A stretch of DNA of 63,981 nt, filler included, from Ministeria vibrans ATCC 50519 (GCA_943704425.1; 10 parts of 10 records of this genome joined end to end with filler, not necessarily neighbours in it), one strand, 5' to 3'. Positions 25,945-37,698 are shown, numbered from the whole stretch's first letter. The notes: generated by a model from the sequence alone, not told the origin. Program-made: numbers and translations.

Positions 25945-26989
25945 TCATTGCCTCCTTTCGGAGTTGGACGGGTCTGAGCCTGCGTCAAGGAGCACGCGGC
26001 ATAGGGAGTCGAAACCAAGACGAGTGGCAATGTCCAGCGGCGTGAGACCGGCTGCGTCGCGCGTGGCGAGGGAAGGGGTCGGTTTGCATGCAAGAAGGTG
26101 ACTCACCATGGCGGGATGGTTGCCCACACAGGCGCACATGAGAACGCTGGTGCCTGCCTTGTCTTGTGCCAGAAGACTCTGCGGCGAATGATGTAGAAGG
26201 AGTTGTACCACTTCCATATGGCCATGTTGCGCTGTTGATATGTAAACAAAACAATATGATCCATGATTTAGATGAATTAGGAAAATAAATAGAGAATCGA
26301 GAGCTGTACTCAATGTCAAAACAAGCCAAAATATTATAAGAGGGGACATACCTGCAGTGTGAATTGGTAATCGGCCATTTTTGCTCCTGTGATGGACCAT
26401 TTCGGGACCGTGATGGAGAAGGAGCGCCACGAGGGGAGAAAAGCCTTGACGGGCTGCAATATGAAGTGGAGACCATCCGTCTTTGTTTGCGAGGGTCGCT
26501 TGCGCACCATTCTGCAATGGCCCAAGTAAGTTCAGTGTATAATGTGACTGATACTGTGCAATACGGTCAAGAGAAGCTCCACAATTTCCAGGTGTAGAGG
26601 AGTGGCTTTTGCACATGCCATCATTAACGGTGTCCAGTCGGAACGTTTCAGAGGATCTACGTGGGCGCCGTGGTCGAGGAGGAAGGCGACGGTGTCGAAA
26701 TGTGCGTGACTCACAGCTTCATGGAGCGCTCTCTTGCCGTCACGGCTCTCCTGCTCGCTGTCGGCACCTTCGCTGAGCAACAGATCACACAGTTGTGTGC
26801 GCCCTGTGTCTAGGATGAGTCAAAGAGACAGGAGGGCGGTCGAGGCTCACCGTGTCGGGCAGCGAAATGCAGAGGCGTTTCACCATTAGACGAAAGCACT
26901 CTGATGCTCACGAGAGGCTCCGCCTGTACGAGTGTTTGTACCGTCCCGATGTCTCCCGTCGAGAAGAGCTTGATCAAGTTGCGGTTCAT
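25945..26989 (-). CDS. ANKRD16: ANKRD16-like ankyrin repeat protein
   Basis: KRALHEA...VDPLKRSDWTPLMMAC, NKDGWSPLHIAARQG, SKNGRLPIHTA. Confidence 0.85.
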
Positions 26990-27190
26990 AAATAAATTGT
27001 TTATTGTTTGAACAATTAATGGAGCTTCCAACAGACCCAGTTCGCTGGCAATCGCTGGCAAGCATATGAGGAGACGCACAAAAGGCATGTCACTTGTCAG
27101 GACTCAGGAATGTCACATCTTGAGAAGAATAATATTATATTTATTGTTACTATTGTGTTATTAGTATGTTTGTTAATGTTCAGAAGTGAA

Positions 27191-28196
27191 TCAACGATCA
27201 ATCGCACGTGAAGCGTTTGGGGGCGAAAAGACAGCGATAGGATTGCCATAGACGACGGACATGGGAACGTGTGCGAGTCCTTTGGTTTTGTCTTCGGCAG
27301 TGATTTCAAGAATGAGATTGCGCATATCAAATTCGACGACAGTGCCTTCGACTGGCTTGGCTGGCGTGCCCACAATCACACGGTCGCCTCGATGGAACTT
27401 GCGTGGACGCACCGCAACCAGCATAAAGCCTACATATGTGCAACAGTCGTTCAATAGAAAGAGACACACATTGTTTCATGGTGATACCTGCTACAAGGTT
27501 GGAAAGAAAGTCGCGCAATGCAAAACCAATGGTGACGCCTGTGACACTCACACCTGCCAACAGAGGCGATGTGTCGACACCCATAGTGCCCAACGCCGAA
27601 GCACCAATAGATCCGTACGCAAGGAGCGACACACCCAGACTGGTCAGGCGAATGACATCCTGCGTGTGTGTTAGAGAGAGAGGAGGGAGGGAGGAAGAAA
27701 GAAACAGTGGTAGAGAGAGAGAGAGGAGGGAGGGAGGAAGAAAGAAACAAATTGAAGAGAGAGAGAGGAGGGAGGAAGGAAGAAAGACACCAAGTGATAG
27801 AGAGAGTGATTGATAGGTAGATAGATAGAGAGAACATGTTAGTGAGCGGAAGTCGACTGATGCCTCACCTCGTCTTGCCCCAGCCCGGTGAATCTGAGGG
27901 CCTTTTCAGTTACAAACCTGTGACGAGCGTGTGGCGGGGGGAGTGGAGGGCATTTGAAGCGTGTTGGAGTGAGTGCTGAGTCAGGAATGGTGAACCATTG
28001 TGCAGTACCGTATTCGCAGAGGATCGACGAAGAATGAGCGCTTTACTGGTGGAGGCGGCGGAGGAGGAGGGGTGGAGGAAGTGTCTGTAGAGAGGGGTCG
28101 GCAAGCGAGACGCCCCACTGACGGGTATTTCGCAAAAGCGAAGTTGGGTCGAACAGTGAGACATCGACTGCTGCGTGAGGCAAGACGGAGCAACAT
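27191..28196 (-). CDS. Small MscS-family mechanosensitive channel with a mitochondrial-type presequence
   Basis: LGTMGVDTSPLLAGVSVTGVTIGFALRDFLSNLVAG (TM2-TM3), then FHRGDRVIV...EGTVVEFDMR; Arg/Ser-rich N-terminus. Confidence 0.85.
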
Positions 28197-28352
28197 TGGA
28201 GAAGGGTCGATACACTACAATCAACAGTTGTCGACACTCGGGAGTTGCAGTGATTTGATTAAGAAGGAATTGAACTTATTGAAGTGAGTTATGACTTATG
28301 ACTCATGACGAACGTAATCGACTAACAAAAAAAACGTATTTTATCAGACGTA

Positions 28353-29377
28353 TCAAACCATTCTGTACATGACGTCGGTTCGAATCGCATATTTGGTGCC
28401 GTGGGTCAATTTTGCGCCTTCATGGTAGCAGGAGTGCTCAAAAACAAGAGCCTGTCCAGTGCGCGGAACAACATCGAGATAACGATCGCTTTTGTATGGG
28501 TCCAGAAAGCGGGTGGTGCCAGCGCCAAAGCCGTTGAGACCGTTGGATTCGGTAGCACCACCGTCGTTAAGGTAGATTTGGAGGGTGACAAGGGAGATTT
28601 CGCTGCCGTCGGGACGCTCGTAGCAACCGTCGCGATGCGGCTTGAAGTAGTCACCTGCGGTGTATTTGAGGAAGCGAAGACGCTCGTTGACGCCTACCGG
28701 GCGATGATTCTTAAAGGTGCTTGAGAGAAAGGGAAGTAACCGGGCGTAGAGTTCCGCGGCGCGCTCCTTGTCGTCTGCAATGTACCGTTCCCCTTGCCGC
28801 ACGTCGGGCATAAACCTTTGTCTTCCATTCCCAATATTGACCAGAGCCGCTTCAAAACCCGATTTCTAGACAGGTAGAGCGCCAGAGTATAGATTAGACG
28901 CGTCAGAGCAATGAGGTGCAATAAACAGCAACACACGCGGGGAAAGACGGATGTTTTGATTGTATTTTCGGGGATCTTGTTTCGACAGACGCATTTGGCG
29001 AGTCGTGATGATGACGGGTCAGGCATGACATTTCGACACATGCAGGCACCACAACCACAAGGGAGGTTAAAACAAAGAACGATGAGGGGACGATCAGAGG
29101 AGCGGGCGCAGAGGTAAGGCAAAGGGGTAATTGTTTGAGACGGTTCGCTTATCTGGCGAGACAGGGAACTGCGTTTGTTTAGCGTAGATACCTCTCCTTC
29201 CGCTATCAGCATGGCACACTCTTCGGGGGTAAGGAAGTTATGAAGAGTGAAGGCGAGCTTCCCGCTGTCTTGGCCGGGAAGGACAAGGTCTTCCCTTTGG
29301 GGGCTGGGTCGGATTCGAGGATGACTGACCGTGAGTGCCCGAGGCCCTGCCGCATCCACGCTGTCTGAACGGTTCAT
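28353..29377 (-). CDS. 2OG-Fe(II) oxygenase (prolyl-4-hydroxylase-like)
   Basis: LHNFLTPEEC, GVNERLRFLKY, FKPHRDG (HxD), HEGA...KYAIRTDVMY. Confidence 0.9.
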
Positions 29378-29546
29378 TTTGAATGTGCTGTGTGAAGATG
29401 GAGACTACGGCGCTGTCGTCACAGCGCAACACACTAATAGAAACCAAAAGGTCTTAAAAAAAAAAAAAAAAAACTGAATATAAAATAACAATAACTTTTT
29501 TAGTATTCTTATTTCCAATTTCGGAGCGTTAAGACTTGCAGTGGAC

Positions 29547-29711
29547 ATGAAGCGAAAGGATCCTTGGGCGTTCCACGAGGCGTGGCGACACCAGTTTTCA
29601 TTCAGGAAGAACCTGACGACGCGCTCCATGCCGGGCCTCACGCTGGCCGTCGTGGCCTTTGGCGCCGCGTGCGGCCTTGAGCTTGCCTTGGGTGGTGGTG
29701 CTGCACACTAG
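29547..29711 (+). CDS. NDUFB3: Complex I subunit NDUFB3/B12 (54 aa, below the ORF-track cutoff)
   Basis: MKRKDPWAFHEAWRHQF...PGLTLAVVAFGAACGLE: DPWxxxEAWR motif plus one TM helix. Confidence 0.85.
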   Translation: MKRKDPWAFHEAWRHQFSFRKNLTTRSMPGLTLAVVAFGAACGLELALGGGAAH

Positions 29712-30082
29712 CCGTAAGCTATCCAATGTGCACAGTTGCTTTTTTTCTTCAGTTTTTGTTCTTTTTTCTGTTTCGTCTCTCATTCTTCTGCACCGCTTTG
29801 TATTTATCGCCTGTGTTTGGTGTGAGTGATCGGCATGGGTGTGGGTGGTGTGTGGGACTGGAGCGTAAGGTGGGGTACGTTGCGAGGGGGTCGGGAGCCA
29901 ATGAGACCGTTTTGTGTGCTTTTGGTGCTGATGCCATTGCGACGACGTGCTGTATGGCACGGGCAGTCTCTGTGTTGCTTGTGTGTTAGCACGATTGTGC
30001 GAAATACCAGTGGGTTTGTTGTTGTTTTACATATTTGTTACGGTTGAGTTTTTTTTGTATTGGTTGATCTTTTGAGCGACGA

Positions 30083-30680
30083 TTTGTTGATTGGCAAGGG
30101 CACTCCCTTTGTGTTGGTTGGCAAGGGCACTCCCTTTGTTGATTGGCAAGGGCACTCCCTTTGTGTTGGTTGGCAAGGGCACTCCCTTCGTGTTGGTTGG
30201 CAAGGACACTCCCTTTGTTGATTGGCAAGGGCACTCCCTTTGTGTTGGTTGTCAAGGGCGCTCCCTTTGTTGATTGGCAAGGGCACTCCCTTTGTGTTGG
30301 TTGTCAAGGGCGCTCCCTTTGTTGATTGGCAAGGGCACTCCCTTTGTTGATTGGCAAGGGCGCTCCGTTTGTTGATTGGCAAGGGCACTCCCTTTGTTGA
30401 TTGGCAAGGGCACTCCGTTTGTTGATTGGCAAGGGCACTCCCTTTGTTGATTGGCAAGGGCACTCCGTTTGTTGATTGGCAAGGGCACTCCCGTTGTTGA
30501 TTGGCAAGGGCACTCCGTTTGTTGATTGACAAGGGCGCTCCGTTTGTTGATTGGCAAGGGCACTCCCGTTGTTGATTGGCAAGGGCACTCCGTTTGTTGA
30601 TTGGCAAGGGCGCTCCGTTTGTTGATTGGCAAGGGCGCTCCGTTTGTTGGTTGTCAAGGGCACTCCCTTTGTTGGTTGTG
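30083..30680. repeat. Minisatellite of 25/27-bp units (TTTGTTGATTGGCAAGGGCACTCCC), about 23 copies
   Basis: Period of 25 seen directly; no unique spacers. Confidence 0.95.
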
Positions 30681-31059
30681 TTGTTGTTTTACATATTTGT
30701 AATAATCACTATGTCATTGCGACGATTTGTTGGTTGGCAAGCGCACTCTTTGTTGGTTGTGTTGCCGAGTGGTTGTGCGAATTCTCAGTGGTTTGTTGTT
30801 GTCGTTATTTTTCTTTTTTTTTCTTTTGCTGTGCTCTGGTTTTGATGCTTGTGGGAAAGGTTTTTTTAGTGCGTTTAAATGGTTTAGTGTAAATGTACTC
30901 TTTTGCTATATTAGAGATATCTGTGTCATGTCCTGCGTGACCGCCGAAAGGGCAGTTTTGTACTGATGTTCTTTTCTTCGCTTAGAGAATGACATGCGAT
31001 GGACAGCCGGATTTCAATGTATTAATAAGAAGAACGCAGAAAGAAATGAATTTTTGTTT

Positions 31060-31310
31060 CTACATAAGCGCGCTTTGATCGGCAGATGACGTACTGGTTT
31101 TCATAATCTGCAAAGGAGACGCCGAGTGAGTGAACGAATGAGAGAATGAGTGAGTGACAGCGATCACAGGAGCATGCGCACCTCACGAAGAGCCATCGTT
31201 GCGTATGTGCTTGAGTTGAGTGTCATGTGAACCACAAGGGCACGAAAGGGAGCGTCTACGTGTAAAAGAGGGAGTAAGCAACGAAACGTGCAATATATAT
31301 GTATATATTA

Positions 31311-31349
<39 letters not shown>

Positions 31350-34180
31350 AAAGAGAGTGAGGATACCAGGAATGCTGCTGGGAACAATGTCCTTTCCTTC
31401 GCCGACGGGAGTGCGAATGAGGGGCGTTGTGCGGTCGGCGTAGCGCATCAGTTCCCATCGAATGTCCTTTGGAACCATCACAATGTACCGGTAGTCGCCA
31501 TACAGCGCATAGTCCTATAGAGATGCGTCAATGAGCCAGTCAGAAGCGTCAAAAAGGCACAATACCTTAACACGGTTGGAGAATGAGTCGAGTGTGAATC
31601 CATCGAGGGCAAGGAGACGCACGAGCTCATCCTTGACCCTGGCAAAGAAGAGAGAGATAGATAGAGAGAGAGGAGGGAGGGAGGGAGAAAGAAACAAAGT
31701 AATACAGAGAGAGAGAAAGAGCAACAAAGTGATAGAGAGAAAAAGCAACCAAGTGATAGAGAGAAAAAGCAACAATGTGGAGAAAAAGCAACAATGTGGT
31801 GGAGAAAAAAAAGAGAGAGAAGAAAAAACGGGGTAAGTATGAAATGTGACATGCGGAGAAAAACGAACTCGTTCTCGGGTAGCACAGAGGACGTGCCAAT
31901 GACGGGCAGAAGGACGTGCTGGAGCGAAAACTGCCCTGATGCAACATCCGCCTCCGTCGCAGGACGTACTTTGAGGATCTTGTCCTGATTCGAAAAAAAA
32001 ACGCACAAAATAGCCAGAAAAAAAAAAGTGAGCGTCATAGTATAGTGTAGCGTAGTGTAGGTGAGTGACGTACGTGCTCGGGCAGGAGTAGAGGTTCGCC
32101 GAGAAACGACGAAGACGACGCAGGCACTTCCGCTTGCGATACCTCTTGCGGTTTCTCCTGCTCTGTGACAGTGACAGGTGGAGCGGGGGTGGTGGCATTG
32201 AGAAGATCGCCAACTACAACGCCGTGGCCATAACGACGCAGCCGAAAGGACACTGTCAGGTTGAACAAAAGTGACTGGTAGCTACAGAACACACGTCACA
32301 GTGAAGGGGAGTGAGGACAGTGATGTGGGAGTAGGAATGGGAGCGAGTGTACCTGTGAAGGTACAGAGTGCGGAGGGTACGGGGGATCAAGCCAAAGGCG
32401 CCGCGGTAGTCGTCGGGAGCGCGCATGAGTGCCTTAAGCACCAGTCGCTCGTTGGCTGCGCGCGTCGGTAGTGCATCGTACGTCTTGCGCGCGTCACGGG
32501 TCGTTGCCCAGATCTGACGGCCCTTTGCGCTCTGCCTCGAAGAAAGCGAGTGTGTTGTATCAGTAAACACATACACATACATTAAAAGGGACTGGGTGTG
32601 ACATGTAATTACCATGTCGTGGTTGGACTCGTGAGGGCCCAAAAGCAGATCAACTGCCTTCTTGAAATCATTCCTACACAGAAACGGTTAACACACAGCA
32701 GAGCTCGCAAACACAGCACGAAAAAACGCAGAGGGAGGAGCACCTGAGCACGGCCTTGCCGACTTCAAAGGTAGGCACACTGGTGGTACCAAAGCGCTGC
32801 AACCCGTAATAGTTGATAAAGCCCTTATGCGCCAGCGACTGCATTGCCCCTTCAATCTGCTCGATCGGCGCCTACACGCCGCAATACAAAAATGCCGTTG
32901 GTACATTGGCCATTTCTTGGAGAGTACCCTTTGCATCTCACTGAGTTGTCAATGTCTCGCAGAACAATGCCAAAGCGATTGCCACTGAGATCTCCCAAAC
33001 GCAGTGGACTTTCACACGGCCGAGGGTCGCTGACGGTGATGCCCCGCAGTGTTGTGTTCACCTTGAGCAGTCGCTCCGGCGACACTCGCGCAACCGTCAT
33101 CATCTACGATTGTACGTCAGCACCGCATTTCTCATTATTCTCTCTGAGAGTTCATCCCAATCTCTTGTCTCTCAATCACTTGTCTCTCAATTACGTTGTC
33201 TATCTCTCTCTCAATCACTTTGGTTCTCTCTCTATCACTTTGTTGTTACTATCACTTTGTTTCTTTCTCCCTCCCCCCTCTCTCTATCACTGTTTCTTTC
33301 TCCCTCCTCTCTCTATCACTTTATTTCTTTCTCACTCCCTCCCTCCTTTCTCTCTCTTACTCTCACTCTCTCTCAACAACACATCAAACCTGGCTTGTGA
33401 CGCCTCGACGATCTTTGGTGCCAGCAAATCCAATGTGCTTTGTTGGAATGCCCAGCCGATTGGCAATGAGTCCACATGCTCTGAAATACACAAAAAGAAC
33501 AACAATACCTGATTATTATTATTCAGATTGATACTCATTGCATACTGCAGAGTATCGGTGTTGATCTTGTGCAAAACAAAAGCGGTGAATGCAGGACAGT
33601 CGACGCCACGTCGTTCCGGAATAATAGGCTTTCGACTCTTCCCCTTGGGCTTCTTGGAGAGATCACGAAACACCACCACGATCTGACCGTCGCGTGTGAT
33701 TGAGTCCAACAGTGCACCGTGCTCCTCGCGGATCGTCCGATGCAGCGCACCCCGCTCCTCCTTTGCTTCGCGCGCCGCAAGCGCTACAGAGCTACCCTCC
33801 ACTGCGTTGCGAAGCAATTCTTGCAGCTGGGCACACTCGTCGTCGCTGAGGAGGGTCGCGAGAGTCGCCGACAGCGTCTTGGGGTCCACCGTGTCAACCT
33901 CGGCCGACGCAGCCGCTGCTGCCGTCGCCGTCGATGGCTCGACACTGGCACACACCACTGTCCCGTCCAGCGTCACCTCTTGGACGACAAAGTCCATGAA
34001 GCGCGACTTGACAATGCCGCCCAGTGGAGGATGCGACGAGAGGAACTCAGTCATCCCCGCAGACGCCTCGGTGGCTCGCTCCATACCGTCCGCAGCGGAA
34101 ACCGGCTTTTCAAGCGTCGCTACAGCCGTCCCTGCCTCGTCAACGCGCGCGCGTTTCGCATCTGGCTCTGTGTCGCTCAT
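31060..34180 (-). CDS. PUS7: TruD/Pus7 pseudouridine synthase
   Basis: [57 protein letters not shown]|[26 protein letters not shown]. Confidence 0.93.
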
Positions 34181-34233
34181 GGATGAAAATCAAAATCTGT
34201 TTGAAAGTGATTAAAATTTATTCCTAATTTGAG

Positions 34234-34995
34234 ATGATTCAAGAAATCAATGCGTACGTCGAGACACGGTATGGGAGAGACAAGGTTTTCAGGTTTGCGG
34301 GCTATCTCGCTCGATTTCTCGCTGGTGCATTTCGTGAGCAACGACTCAGCACGTTGAGCGACAAAATCAGCGAAGTAAGAATGTGCCGCTCGGACGGGCG
34401 TTGGCGCTCTGACACGCTCTCCCACGCAGTTTCGGGTTGTCCTCCGTCTGCTCGACCTGGTGCCCATGATTTCGTACACGCGCCAGTACGGGTTTGGGCG
34501 GGATGAGACAGACTCGTTTGTGCGACTGACGACCATTGCTCAAAATGTCTCGGGTCTGCTGTACTACCCGTGCGAACACATGGCGTGGGCCGCCGAGCTG
34601 GGGCTTGTCAAGTAAGAAAGAGCTGGCGTGCGCTTTGGCACTGACCCACGGCAATCACAACACACAGGCAGAACGCGTCAAGGTGGTGGGTGCGCAGTGT
34701 GTGGCTGTGGCTGCTGTCGCTTCTCCTTGGTGTCGCACTCAGTCTGTATCGCTTGCTGAAACGACGCGCACGCCGTCAAGCAGCCGCCTCGGCAAGCTCA
34801 ACAACGTCACCCCGACGCCGAAAGGACTCCGCTGAAGAACCGCTGCGTGTCACTCTGCTTACTCTGGTGGGGTGCTGTGCAGATCTCACCAACGCAATTC
34901 ATTGGCTTCCCGCAGGGTGGCTGTGGGCTGGACGCCTGTCCGATCAGACGGTCGGTCTTATGGGCATGATTTCAACAGTCGTCAGCGAATTGTAA
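34234..34995 (+). CDS. PEX11G: Peroxin PEX11 (gamma-type)
   Basis: ETRYGRDKVFR, VLRLLDL, LYYPCEHMAWAAE, ADLTNAIHWLPAGWLWAGRL. Confidence 0.88.
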
Positions 34996-35119
34996 CCTTC
35001 ATCCTCTCGGACCGAGTCCCTTCCAGTGAAAATGGAACCGGCTGTCGTTTATGTAACTATAATTATTATGTTGGTTCTTTTTTATCATAACAATGAAGAG
35101 CAAGATGAAGAATACAGCC

Positions 35120-35207
35120 CATTTATTAATGATACAGTCACCACTCACCACGCGAAGACACAGCCAGACCGCCTTGCAAACTCGACCGAAACTCTAGAGG
35201 TAACATG
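35120..35207 (-). repeat. Dispersed repeat of about 87 bp, copy 1 (copy 2 at 49336-49421)
   Basis: Near-identical sequence on two contigs; the minus strand ends in AATAAAT. Confidence 0.9.
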
Positions 35208-35554
35208 GATTGCTAAATCATTGCTTTTTGTTGGAAATGTCTCTTTGGACTTCTTCTTCTTCAGTTTTTTTCTTTCCCTTTCGAAGAATAGAGAAACTCG
35301 CCTTTCTCCTCGCCCGGAAAAACTCACTCTTCTCATCCCTCAAAGTAAGCAACATTGATATCAGGGGCGTGTATGTGCGTGTTTGTGCGGTGTATCGATT
35401 TTGCAATGGCCAGGATCTAAGACGAACCAACAGCATTCTCAAGAGGCGACTTTACGTACACATCACTACCTGTCGCAATGCAGTGTGCGTGTGACTGATT
35501 TTTGTTGGCGATGCGCAATGTACAGCGAATTCACTCGATTCACAAAAACAGAAA

Positions 35555-36994
35555 ATGAAGCGAAAGATATACAGTGGGATATCGTCGTCGGCGAATCTAC
35601 GCGGCAAGGTGTGTATATTGATATCATTGCAGGTGCCGTTGACGCGTGCTGCATAGGTTGGCATTCCGCTGCTGGGCTACTTCAAATCGCACGGATTTGA
35701 CGCACAAATTGTTCGGGTTGCAACGGCGGACCTGGCGATCCAGGCGGACAAGGGCGGCACGTCGAACTTTGCCGTCTTCGGCACGTGCATCAAGCTGACC
35801 GTGGTGCTGCGTGTGGAGGGCGACCGCCTGTTCGTCGAGGTGACTGAGGGCGATCTTGCGAATAAAGTGGGCGCAAAAGCGGGAACGGCTGTCGTCGCCC
35901 GTTACATCCCGATAGTGCGCATGTCCATGCTGTACGGCACTGTCAAAAACATCGGCTGGCCCGGCAAGGTGATGACTGAGGTGGACTCGCTGCTGCTCCG
36001 CGGCTTCGCCTCGCTCGTCGAGAAGAAGCAGAGCAAGGAGGACGCGTCCAGCAAGCAGCCGCCGCATGTGCCTGTGCGCCGCCGCACCGTTGACAAGGGC
36101 TCCGCGACACAGTACGCATTTATAGTGCACCACTCGTACGACACGGACATATGTGGTCGCGTTTCCGTGCGCAAGGGCGACGTGTTTGTCGTCAAGCGCG
36201 ACGTTGACGAGCACTGGGTCGAGGGTGCATGCATCGACGGCCGCCGCGGTCTCCTACCTGCCTTCGTGCTCAATGAGGACATGCCGACGTTCAAAACCGC
36301 CTCATCGTCGGCCAGTGTCGCCGCCGCGGATGACGCGGCGGCAGCCAAGGAGAAAGTGAATACAGCGGGCGCAGCAGACAACGATTCGTATGTCGCGCCT
36401 GCACCGGCGATCGTCGAGCGGGATTTTCACGCGCAGACGGACGAGGACATGAGTGTCGCAGTTGGTGATGCACTCGTGATTCTGGGCGTGTACGACGACG
36501 ATGACGAGCACGTCTACGCGCAGGCGGTGGACGGCACGCGACGTGGACGCGTGCCTGTGTCGTGCCTGCCGCTGGACGACGGCACGGTGGACCACCGCAT
36601 TGTGTACGCGCGCGACGCGTGCTACCCCGACTTTGACACCGACCTTGCCTTTGCCGCCGGCGATGCAATCAGCGTCGTCGACGCCATCGACGGCATCTAC
36701 TTCTGCGGCAAGCTACGCGGCGCTGTTGGCCTGGTCACCTGGGCCGCCGTCCAGGATGATCCCCTGCCGCAAAAACTGAAACTGTCCCTTGCTCCGCCCA
36801 CACAACCGCGGCCTAACGTGCGCCAGAGTCCGACACCGAGTCCACGGCCGAGTCCACGGCCGTCGCCTATGAGCTCGCCTCAGCCGCCTCCGCGTCCGCC
36901 GCCTCCGCGTCCGCCGCCTCCGCGTCCGTCACCTCCGCGCGCATCGCCTGTGCTCCCCTCACGGCCCCGCCCCCCTGCGTCCCGTTACCAATAG
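35555..36994 (+). CDS. Protein with an uncharacterised N-terminal domain, three SH3 domains and a Pro-rich tail
   Basis: Spliced start MKRKIYSG...GK|VGIPLLGYFKSHGF. SH3-like motifs at VSVRKGD...HWVEG...RGLLPA, MSVAVGD...RGRVPV and LAFAAGD...VGLVT. Confidence 0.75.
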
Positions 36995-37191
36995 TGTGAC
37001 CAGCAACGATCTAAAACTTCTCAAATCATCAGAATATGACGTTGTGTTTTGGAAAATCCAGTCAAACAGAAGACAAGCGACAAGCGGACGACACAAACAT
37101 TTTTTCTAACCCTAAGAACACTTTTCACTCCAATTCCTAATTCCTAACTGCCAAATTCCAAACAAAACTATTAGTGTGTGTTTGACCCAGG

Positions 37192-37698
37192 ACTCATGCT
37201 TCGCTTTGTGATTCTCCTTGTTGCCCTGACTGGCTGCCTCGCGCAGCAAATATCTTGGCCAAACGACGAGAGTGTTTTGCTCGGAAAACTAAATGCTTCG
37301 CTCGTGTGCGCGTGTCCAATTTTTACGAGGCCACCTACGCGTCGTTAATTGACGCATTCATGCACGCCCTCGAGACTGACAACGCCTACATGGCGCACCT
37401 GTGCCGCCAGCAATTCCTTGATCGCGTCAAGACCACCTACGCGCCCAGCTCCCAGTCGTGGCTCTACTCCACCACCGACCCCGAACCGTGTGTCATGTGC
37501 TTTGACACCCTTGTCCTGCCCTCTGAGAAACTCGACTGTGGCCACCGCTTCTGCTCCCATTGCCGGCGCCACATCACTGCCTTTTTCCACGACGACGCCC
37601 TTGGCGCTAACAAGCCCAAGAGTCAATGTTTCCTCTGTCACGACAAAAAACAGTCAAAAGAAGGCGATTACTTTCTGCTTGTTTGGATATTTTTTTAA
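37192..37698 (+). CDS. C3HC4 RING-finger protein; start uncertain
   Basis: CVMC...CGHRFCSHC...CFLC. Confidence 0.65.
   Translation, partial: THASLCDSPCCPDWLPRAANILAKRRECFARKTKCFARVRVSNFYEATYASLIDAFMHALETDNAYMAHLCRQQFLDRVKTTYAPSSQSWLYSTTDPEPCVMCFDTLVLPSEKLDCGHRFCSHCRRHITAFFHDDALGANKPKSQCFLCHDKKQSKEGDYFLLVWIFF

Noticed and set aside
30083-30680. CRISPR or guide-RNA array
   Set aside because: The units are contiguous with no unique spacers and no nearby nuclease gene. The ORFs across it are repeat artefacts.
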